Assembly: GCA_026026165.1 (NCBI GenBank)
Contig: JAPEUD010000097.1
Span: forward strand, 62,001 to 85,940
Source: Sarea resinae
Lineage: Eukaryota
Reading direction: 5' to 3'
DNA: 23,940 nt
Numbering within the stretch: position 1 is the stretch's first letter; every line of letters begins with the position of its first letter. The notes beneath the pieces were generated by a model, which made no database searches, was not told where the DNA came from, and was given only the letters and a program-made list of their open reading frames with translations. The position numbers and the translations under genes were made by a program. Positions 1 through 8,953 of this stretch are shown here, one piece after another.

Positions 1-126
1 AATCCTGTATCATAGAAACGGCTCGAGACGGCTAGCTATTGCATCAATTCGTCATCGTTCGTGCATCTGCTCGTTCAGGTCTATCTCCCAAACTCAATGA
101 CACTTTTAGATTATCATAAACACCCC

Positions 127-767
127 TCACGCACCGATATCGCGATCCATATCCTCCTTGCCACCATACCCCTGTGCCGACCGACTCTTCGCCGCCTCCT
201 TATCACTCGTACCTCCGGACGAGCCCGCAGAATTTACTAGACCCAAACAAACACCCATTAGTACCATGTCCACCGAACCGCTTTTACGGCATCGATTCCT
301 TTGTTGGTGGCGGAGAGATGGAAAGACTAACAGCCTGCATCCAAATTTGTCATGCCACCCATGCCGGACTCGGAGACAGCCTGTCCGTATCTGATATTCT
401 CAGCCGTCTTCTCGCCCCTCTGGGGATCATCTTGCTTGAGTTGCTCCGGGCTGCTTGTCGTATCGTTCGATGCTGTATCTGCTTCTGTTTGGCGCCGATA
501 GCAAAGCCATGTCAGCACATACTGGAATATCGCTACGTCATGATGGATTGCAGAGAGAGGCATCGCCGGGATGGTTTAAGAGCTGCATACTTCCCATCGT
601 GCCCTCTTGCTTCGCGGGCTCCTCGGTGACTGTTTTTATGGACTCGTATCTATGTGTCGTAAGCGGCTTATGCGAACGCGTTCCTGAAGCCGTAGGTGGA
701 CAGCGGGGAGGAAGGCGTACTGCGTATTTTGGCCTCCAGGGGAGGTTTCCATTAGGTTTGAGGACAT
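127..767 (-). CDS. Small hydrophilic conserved-hypothetical fungal protein (122 aa, 4 exons)
   Basis: Exons 767-721, 649-591, 484-332, 236-127 join in phase across GT..AG introns (donors GTACGC, GTATGC, GTTAGT; branch points GCTGAC and TACTAAT in introns 2 and 3). Product MSSNLMETSPGGQNTQYESIKTV...GEKTAENIRYGQAVSESGMGG...SRSAQGYGGKEDMDRDIGA*. The TAENIRYGQ and QGYGG..DMDRDIGA blocks resemble an uncharacterised Pezizomycotina family (recalled, not searched). Confidence 0.82.
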
Positions 768-967
768 GCTGACGGTTGGGTTGAAAGAGGTAATTGACCG
801 GAGATGAACAGTATGCTTTGGTGCGATATCAGGAATATAAATGAAGTAGATCAAAAGAGCACGTCAATTACGGACAGTGTTGTGCGTGAATTTATGAACT
901 GGAGTTGTGGCAGGTTGTTGTCGCACGAAGTCGTGAAGCTGAGCTGCCGGGCTGGGGAATTGTGGGA

Positions 968-975
968 TGACGTCA
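968..975. promoter_or_regulatory. Perfect CRE/ATF (bZIP) palindrome TGACGTCA upstream of the small hydrophilic gene
   Basis: TGACGTCA at 968-975, about 200 nt upstream of the ATG at 767, with an ACGTCA partial site at 861-866. Confidence 0.45.
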
Positions 976-1167
976 GGCTCAATCGAAATGTCTCCAGGGA
1001 CGAGGGCCGCCTCAACAAACATCCATTATAGGCTTTGCATGGTTCAACATTATGGAAGCAAAGTCTGGTAGATTAAGATAAACGCTAAGCGCTCATGATC
1101 TGAAAAAGCAAAACGCCTGCTAAGACCTGATGCGCCCTGAAATGCCCCTTTGACTACTTGATAAGCT

Positions 1168-2524
1168 CTAGAAATCCATGCCCATCAGATAGCTATATGG
1201 TTTTAGCAGATGCCGCAAATTGCTGAACAGACTCTAGGGCGGCTTACCTTTCTAGTATTCTCATGAATTTCGCGACGAATGCCTCCAGATGAAAGATGGC
1301 CTTCTATAGACGGAAGAATTCGTGAGCGGACTGACTCGGACAACATGAGAAACACGGAGCGACCAAATGGTTGACTTACGCTGCCCGTCCGTATCCGGTG
1401 CTCGTAGTAAGCAGACCATCTAATTACATCCGCCTTGAGAGCATCGTCGATTTTAGGTATTAGCTTGAAAGTTAGGGTCTTATAGCCATTAGCAACATTT
1501 CTCGTCCGCCTGTGCGAGCTCCATACCTTCAATATCGTTGTTGGTGGTATACAGTGGGTAAGCAGATCATACAGCTTTGCCCTGACTTGCAGAATGCGCG
1601 CCGGCGAATGCTCTGCCATGATCTCATCTGCCACTTGACCTATCAGGGCTTCCCAGTCGGGCGGAGGGATAGGAGTGTTGTCGGTGATTTTCTCGCTGCC
1701 GCGTTTTGTATTAGCAACCAAACATCCGCGTAGATTGAGCCGACTCAAATCTTACTTCTGTGCATGCACCGCCTCATACATCAACAATGCTCTTCTGAGA
1801 TTCCTCCCACTCTCTTTTGCAATCCTCTTGTTCAATCCTGTAACTTCGTTCCATCCTTCCTTCCCACCCACTTTCTTCAGAACCTGACAGATATCGGCCT
1901 CGGTGGGCGCCGCAACCCTAACTAGAAGTGTTCGGGATCTGATTGGCGCGATGATATTGGCCGTACTGTTGGCTAGCAGTATCAATCTCAGATTGGGACT
2001 GTATTTTTCCATGGTTCTTCGCAGAGCCGCCTGAGCATCACGCGTCAAATGATCGGCTTCATTGATGACCACCACTTTAAACCGCTGTTTGGCAGCTAGA
2101 TCGACCTGCTGTGTCTGCGCGACCTCTTTCAGGAGGTCCTGCACCACCACACGATCATAATTGCCGACGTCCGAGGGAGTGATCTCGAGATGATACACTG
2201 ACGCGACTATGTTGAATTCGAGTTTGCGGTTAGAAGTAGTTTGGAACACGCGCGAGTCGATCTTGATCTTTTCTACGCCTGGCCCATAGAGCTCTTTGAG
2301 GGTGGCGACTATGCGAGTCTTCTTGCCAGCCCCAGACGGCCCATAGACAAGAAGATGAGGAAAGTCCCCACTTTGTGCCTACAGAACAGCAGTAAATCAG
2401 TCATTTATAACCTCTGGTATGCTAGAGTTGTGCGTACTAGGGCCTTGAGACGGGCAGAGAGGTCCTCATGATAGCTCAGCGCATCCAGTGATCTCGGCCG
2501 ATGTTTATCAACGAGTAGAGCCAT
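1168..2524 (-). CDS. RFC5: Replication factor C subunit 5 (human RFC3 orthologue), 352 aa, 6 exons
   Basis: Exons 2524-2438, 2378-1756, 1695-1527, 1478-1380, 1303-1248, 1192-1168 join in frame. Motifs: MALLVDKHRPRSL, Rfc5-type Walker A GPSGAGKKT, VVINEAD, AQAALRRTMEKYS, C-terminal KAIFHLEAFVAKFM. Confidence 0.97.
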
Positions 2525-2595
2525 TGTTGTCGTGCTTCTGTCAACTGTAATGACTATTGAGATGATTCTCGCCTGTAGGTAGGCTCTGTAGATGG

Positions 2596-2623
2596 ACGCG
2601 CGCGCGCGGATAAGATGTCGCGT
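2596..2623. promoter_or_regulatory. MCB-like (ACGCG/CGCGT) cell-cycle boxes with a (CG)6 run in the RFC5 promoter
   Basis: ACGCGCGCGCGCG at 2596-2608 and TCGCGT at 2618-2623, 70-100 nt upstream of the RFC5 ATG. MBF-type control of replication genes is established in ascomycetes. Confidence 0.5.
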
Positions 2624-2977
2624 AAAGTGGTGATCCGTGCACCTAACCCAAAGGAGACCTGCTACGGGTGGTGTATTTAAAGGGAAGGCATGCAGTAGTG
2701 ATAAAACTGCACGCATGGACCGAAGCTTCATGACAAGCAACGTTCAACTCCATAGCCCTTGGAGCCGCTTGATATAAGCTGCGATGTGATAAAAGCATTG
2801 TGTTGAGATTTGAATTCCGCTCGGGGAGTTTCAACTTTTACAATCATATCTACAATGCCAATAGACCATATGAACAGTTCCCAGCTGTCTATGTTGTACA
2901 ATGATATGTCAACGCCAATCCTTGCTAAGCATTTTCCAATCCTATGGCCTGTACCGAAGACGACAATGAGCTTCTCC

Positions 2978-3902
2978 TTAGCTACCTGCTACAGGCGTGA
3001 TGTGCCCGTTTCTGTCATATTTTGCTTCTAAGGCAATAGTCAGCTTCTCGGCCCTACACGGCAGACGATATCAACAGCCACTCACTGAAGAAGGTATAGG
3101 AAAGTGTAATGGTATCTACTCCTTTTGTCTGGGGATCTTTGAGGAAGTCCGGATCAATGAAGAAGAATACAGGCATATCCACGGTCTCGCCAGCATTCAA
3201 CCTCTGCTCCTCAAAGCAAAAGCATTGGATCTTGCTGAAATAAGGTGCGACCTGACCTGGGGTGACGCTATAAGTTGCCACCCCTATGATATCGTCCTTG
3301 CTATTGTTGGTCGCAGTGTAGAATGCTAGAGCCGTTTCACCTGGCAACACTCGAACTTCTCGCTGCTGCGGAGTGAACTTCCACGGAAGGACATCAGAGA
3401 CTGATCCATTGAAGGTGATTCGAAGCCGGCGAGCGTTGGTGACCGGCTGGCGACGCTCGACATCGGAAGTGTGGGTTGATACGTTGATAGGTTGGCCTCC
3501 CCAGCCGGTTGTCTGACATACCTACACAAAGTCAGTCAAGAATTTCCGGTGCAAACGGGCGGGCCATACCATCTTATACAATGGAACAGAGCCATAGGAA
3601 ATGGCAAGCGTGGCAATTGTCACGCTGAGTGCATAATAACTACCACGAGCTCGTCAGCTTGGATATTCTGTATAAACGCAGCGACATACTTACGCTGTCG
3701 AGCGGTTCTTCTGCCGGTAGTTCTCTCGTAGCTGCTGATGTGTTGGCAGCGCATTTTGTCGCCGCGGAGAGGCGTTACTGATGGGCCGGGACGAAGGCAG
3801 CCTTTGTCTCGCGGATGAGGGTATCTTGGTCGCTCGCATGCAAGACGTGCATGTCCATGAGGAGAAGAACCTCCGAGAGAACAGTCCCGCTGTCTTGTCC
3901 AT
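2978..3902 (-). CDS. COX11: Cytochrome c oxidase copper chaperone Cox11 (254 aa, 4 exons)
   Basis: Exons 3902-3694, 3639-3570, 3521-3086, 3027-2978 join in frame. Arg/Ser-rich mitochondrial-type presequence, TM segment ending YGSVPLYKM-VCQTTGWGGQP, copper motif KIQCFCFEEQRL, DMPVFFFIDP, TLSYTFF. Confidence 0.97.
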
Positions 3903-4729
3903 CTCGATTATGCCACTGGATATCTTGTCTGCCAAAGCATTACCATCTGAAAGCGTCGGCCGAGGCTTTACTTTGCGATCAATACTATGGAGTACCGATC
4001 CTGCGCTTGTTACATTTGTCGGCCGATCGAGTGAGTCGCATTAGGTTCAACGCGGTAGCCGTAGAGCGATATCTTATCTAGCCGAATTAGGGCATCTGTA
4101 TTGCCATCCATCAATAGCTTCACAACCTTTATCTTAAGGGTTCCGAGATCGACTCGACGACCTATTGTCCAATTTTGGAGTCATGACGGCCTCAATGAAA
4201 TACATGTTCAATCGACGGGTCCTGTGCTGACGTCTCGTATCTAGATCTAGGGGAAGATGCGGTCTCATTTCCTAACCCAATCCCCACATCTTCATGGCTT
4301 CACATACGGTCTCTCATTTGATCCACATTGGATGAATCAAGGACTGTCGTATCATGTCATGTCAAAAAAGCATAATGCCGTTATTGTTTAGAAAGCGCTC
4401 AGCAGTAGACAAGTATCATCTACGATCACTACCAGCAGTTTCTGTTCTTTATTCCGCTGTCTTGTTTCAGCTTGTTACTAGCAATCTGAGCACGTTCTCA
4501 GACAATGTGTTTGTTTCATGTCGTTTCTATTACTTTCGTACATATTGAGATGAACCTGGAAATAAGAACGTTCTCGAACCTATATATGCATCCTTCCGAA
4601 TCTGTTCGCCATATTTACCTTATACAATTATCCTTTATCAAGGCGCTTCTTCCACCAGACTCTTCCCATCATCTAAACATATCAGAACTATTTTTCCATC
4701 TACTGCTTTCGAGGCTCCGCGCTGGAATC

Positions 4730-5932
4730 ATGGCTCATCCAATGGTCTCTCCACCTTTCTTCACAGACGATATCACTCTATGCAATCATATAAACCTGAG
4801 TGGAGCTCCCTCATCCGAACCCTGCGTCAATTGCACCTTGATGCTGCAATTCATGTCCGACAACCTCTGCATCCGATCTTCCTCAGGACCGACACCTTCA
4901 ACTCAGGATACGTGCAGCCATTGCGTCTATCACGGTCGTGAGTGCTTCAAGGTCCCGCGAATACTGCTTCCTCTATCAAAAGCCATCTATCAAGTAGCCC
5001 AGGACCTGAGCGGCAACGGACACACCACGATGGGCAGCTCCAGCTTTCAGCTCATGCACATTCGGGAGATGTCTGCCCACTTTGCCGGACATTGGATGGC
5101 ATACTGCCAAGATCCAACGACTTACTGCATTATGAAAGACATGGTGTTGAATTGGGAGCAAGCTGGTGCCGTTCCCAAGTCTGCACCGGAGACGTTTCTT
5201 CCCAAGGGCCAATTATACGAAGACCCAGAGGCTCTCCTTCACTCGCCTATGAAACCCGCGGCCACGAACACGACCGAGACTGGGTTTACAGCAGAACAGC
5301 TGGAAGGTTCACTGATGGCGCCTGCTACGGAGCCGCAGCTGAATACAAGTTACTTTTTCTCATCTCCCTGCGATATCTCTTCTCCTTCTGCGTCTACACA
5401 GTTGACCAGCCAAATTCCCAACTCGATTCATGGCACACCAATGCCAAGCTTTCCGTGGTCCCCATTTCCCGGCTCGGCAAGCACGGTGACACCCTGCTCT
5501 CCTTCCTCGCCTTTTGCTTCCTTGGAGAAGTCCAGCCAAAGCCAGTCTTGCAACCACCACAGCAGTGGGTGGCCCGCATTTCCAAGATCGACAAGCACAA
5601 CGACTTGCTTTGCTCGTTCATCATCTCCTCTCGCTTGCACAGACTTATCCTACCAGGATCCTGGGTACAATCCCAACACACCTTCGTCAGACATTGTACG
5701 GTCTCCGCACCCCAGCTCAGTCAGCACGGTCTCCTTGAGCCCAGAGAATTGTTCGCAATTTTCTTTTCAGAATATCACCAATCCTGTGAACGGAAATTCC
5801 AACTCTATGAACTTTCGAGCTACTTTCAACTCCCAATCATCCTCGGGCCAGCCGCAAACGTTTGCACTTCATGGTAATCTTAAGCTCGAACGCATCGACA
5901 GTGCGAACGATGTCCAGAACCGACCATGGTAA
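4730..5932 (+). CDS. Orphan protein (~400 aa) with an atypical six-cysteine motif and a Ser/Pro-rich C-terminus
   Basis: Uninterrupted ORF, open from ATG 4505. ATG 4730 is preferred because the upstream part looks like a pyrimidine-rich leader, but the start is uncertain. Contains CVNC-x11-C-x14-CSHC-x6-C. No family recognised. Confidence 0.65.
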   Translation: MAHPMVSPPFFTDDITLCNHINLSGAPSSEPCVNCTLMLQFMSDNLCIRSSSGPTPSTQDTCSHCVYHGRECFKVPRILLPLSKAIYQVAQDLSGNGHTTMGSSSFQLMHIREMSAHFAGHWMAYCQDPTTYCIMKDMVLNWEQAGAVPKSAPETFLPKGQLYEDPEALLHSPMKPAATNTTETGFTAEQLEGSLMAPATEPQLNTSYFFSSPCDISSPSASTQLTSQIPNSIHGTPMPSFPWSPFPGSASTVTPCSPSSPFASLEKSSQSQSCNHHSSGWPAFPRSTSTTTCFARSSSPLACTDLSYQDPGYNPNTPSSDIVRSPHPSSVSTVSLSPENCSQFSFQNITNPVNGNSNSMNFRATFNSQSSSGQPQTFALHGNLKLERIDSANDVQNRPW

Positions 5933-7429
5933 TGGGACCAGGACAGAGAAGCAATTGAACTGGTCGGAGATATATCGGTGGTTATTGAGATGAGGACAAA
6001 GATAAGGTGGGTCCTAAAGGGGGCAGAATGTAAGGGCTAAGACGGCGCCGGAAGTAAAGAGGAGAGTAAAGAGAAGAGGTAAGGATTTGGAAAATCAAAG
6101 GTTGATCTCGATTTCATCAACGGACTACAGTGATCACTATGCAGGAACAAGATGGACCGTTCAGAGGTGTTAGGAAATTCTGGGGTTGTGAAGACTTCTG
6201 CTGCCGATTTGTTCCTGTTCTCTTGCTGGTTTGCTATTTTGCTTTGCTGCTGTTCTGATTTTCTGCTTTCTTGTACCTTGCTTCCTTGCTCTTTATGTTT
6301 CGTACTATTTTGCTTTCCTTTCATTGTACGTCCTCTCACACAGTCAACGTGCAGTCTTTCTACCTCAAACTGCTATGAACTGGCTGTGAAATCTGCCAAA
6401 GTGACGAATTAGTACATCTTGCGCACGAAAGAGTTTGAAAAGTCTCTGCTACTGCCTATCCACCTATCCATTGGGAATTAAATGCGGAGGGCTTAACGCA
6501 TGTGGCTTCTCTTTGCGAAACCAAAAAAAATACAGCCAAGGTAGAGGTGGCACTTCGAACGGCAGTCTCAGCCTTGAAGGCGGTCATGGCCAAAGCGACC
6601 TGAAAACAAACGCAGGCATCTAGCCATATAGGCACACTACAAACTCTACACCTCCGAGTTCTCCCTATGACATTCTACCTTTGGAATAGACTCTGGCGTC
6701 TGCTTTGGAGATATCAGAACCAGCTCTGCGTCTTCGTTCGCTCGACTACTCTGTCTCATTGCAATTCGAGAAATACGTTTGCGCCTGAACACCTCTGCCA
6801 ATCCAGCCACCCTCTGCTATATCAACCTCGACGCTGGCAGAACGTCGGAGAATGACTTGGGTGTTCCTACAAGTTTCAACCCGCAACGCTATTGTATGAT
6901 TCAGTCGTATGGGCTGGATGAAGGGAAGCGTGACGTGCTTGACCGACTATCTGACTGCCTATCTGACTGACTTTCTAACAGAATCTCTGACAGACAACTT
7001 CATCCTCCTCAATCCACACGATCCAAACACACGTTTCCACCGACCCAACTCTCACACTCGAGCAAAGAACCCATTGCCCCTTTCCGAAAGCCTGTGCACT
7101 TTCGTCTGTAGCATACTCCATCAGCACGTCCTTGACGTGTTACCCCCTTTTGTTCTGTTTCGTGTCACCCCACCCTACATGTCTGCCTATCCTGTTCTCT
7201 CTGCGTCTTTATTTTTTGGCTGCAGATACCATTCATCACACAGATCTCCAGGCTTTCCTGGCGCTTAGATACTCGACTTTTCCCGCTTCCTTCACATCTC
7301 ATATCCTAGAACCCTTTCCCCCATCGCAGACACGGCAACAAGATCTCAACCACACAGCCACATCACCACATTTTCTACATCACCACCTCAAATCCCATAC
7401 ATCCCGGACCTCTATCAAGCCCAAAAGAG

Positions 7430-7445
7430 CCCCCCCCCCCCCCCC
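7430..7445. repeat. Poly-C tract (C16)
   Basis: Sixteen consecutive C, ending 19 nt upstream of ATG 7465. Confidence 0.9.
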
Positions 7446-7464
7446 GTTCCAGCGTTATACCACC

Positions 7465-8158
7465 ATGCCCCGTGCCCAACCGGCGCTCCCAGGAGATGAA
7501 ACAAGTACGATGACCGCCTCCCTTGGCATTTCCAGCTCATACTGACACAGACACCACCCAAGCCGACGCCGGAGTACCAAAATCACAAGCACAAGTACAA
7601 GCAGAAGCACACAGCCGCTATCATCTCCGTCGCCGTTGTCCGTCCATCAGCACATCGGTCGATCTCGCACTCTTCTCTACCACTACCACTGCCACCACCA
7701 CCACCACCACGACGCTTCTCGCACATCCTTCTGGCCCCGCTCCCGCTCCCGGGGTTGTATCTGCAGCTTCTGTGGCACCTTTGACCACAACGGCCACGGC
7801 GCCACCCCATAAAGCCAAAACAAACACGGCCCTCGCTCTCCTCAGCACCCACACCAACGCCCACGCCCACGCCCACGCCCGCGCGACCCTCGGCCCCATC
7901 CCGGTCCCCTTTACCGCCACGCTCCACTCCGGAGGTCCGTCGCCCGCGCCAGGCGCGACCCAGCGCGCGTTGCGGATCAACGGGCACGTGGTGGTCGTGG
8001 TGGCTGATGCTGATGCTGATGCTGATGTGGTCATGGGCGATGCTGCCGTTCCTGTCGCTAGCGATGTCACGGGTGCTGGTGCTGGTGCTAGCGGCAGAGG
8101 CCGCAGGGCCAGCAGTGGTAGGGGAAGAGGAAGAGGAAGAGGAAGGGCTAGGAAGTAG
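7465..8158 (+). CDS. Orphan low-complexity protein (215 aa, 2 exons) with Thr, AH, AD and GR repeats
   Basis: CACCATG start context. Exon 7465-7504, intron 7505-7550 (GTACGA...TACTGACACAG), exon 7551-8158; phases match. Ends GRGRGRGRGRARK*. Confidence 0.6.
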
Positions 8159-8465
8159 AAAGGGCATTGCCCTGTCGTGTCTTCCTCACCTCCTCACCGC
8201 CCCACTCCCTCACATCATCGCTTCAGTAGCAGTAGCAGTGGCAGTGGTGGTGGTTGGTAGGAAAGGGCTCGAATATCACATCAACCGAGCGGGTTCTCGT
8301 AACTCCCTTGCATTGTATAAGAACGCCCTAGGATGCAGGCTTAGGGGTCTGGCTGACTGACGACTTGGACTTGGACTTGGACTTTGGAGAACTTCCCCTG
8401 ATGCTGGCCGTCTAGGAAGAGGGGATAAGAGGAGGGGTTTGTTAATCGCGATCGGGGGAGAAAGG

Positions 8466-8471
<6 letters not shown>

Positions 8472-8525
<54 letters not shown>
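8472..8525. repeat. (AG)27 microsatellite
   Basis: Perfect AG dinucleotide run between the convergent 3' ends of the orphan and the TMEM135-like gene. Other short repeats (GGACTT, GCAGTA/GCAGTG) lie at about 8220-8385. Confidence 0.97.
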
Positions 8526-8529
<4 letters not shown>

Positions 8530-8953
8530 TTCAAGAACAGAAGAAAAGATGTGGTTCCTTCCCCTAACTTCCTTTGAGAGAGAGACCCTAGAATGGCATG
8601 TGAGATAGAACGCAATACGGTCGGTAGATAGAGTTGAGAGAGGACAAAAGAGACAGAGACGGGCATAGGAATAAAAAGTCAAGTCCCGGTATCATCCAGA
8701 CCAACACATTTTATCCCGAAGATACTGTAGGGCATAGTAACGACTATATGATACAATAGAAATGTAGCGTCTACATAGTAATACAAACCCTCCTTTCAAA
8801 GCTTCTCCACCCATTATTCCATTCAATTCCTCTTCAGATGGCAATTAATTCAGACCCAAGTCCAGGCTTTCCCAACAGGCTCGAATAGAACCCAAAGGAA
8901 AAAGCACCGAGAATACCAGTCTCTGTATAGCCGCCCTCGGGAGGTAACTGATA

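Noticed and set aside
174..772. Plus-strand ORFs 174-629 and 455-772
   Set aside because: Antisense to a phase-consistent four-exon minus-strand gene, and no recognisable protein features.
1756..2378. Atypical RFC5 ATPase motifs (GKKT Walker A, NEAD Walker B)
   Set aside because: These are the normal degenerate motifs of the Rfc5/RFC3 subunit, not a novelty.
4942..5877. 311-codon alternative-frame ORF overlapping the orphan
   Set aside because: It contains no ATG and no recognisable motif. It is plausibly a by-product of the Ser/Pro-rich coding frame.
2978..8158. Possible mating-type locus (COX gene, orphans and a meiotic gene nearby)
   Set aside because: Pezizomycotina MAT loci are usually flanked by APN2/COX13 and SLA2, not COX11. 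No HMG or alpha-box ORF is visible.
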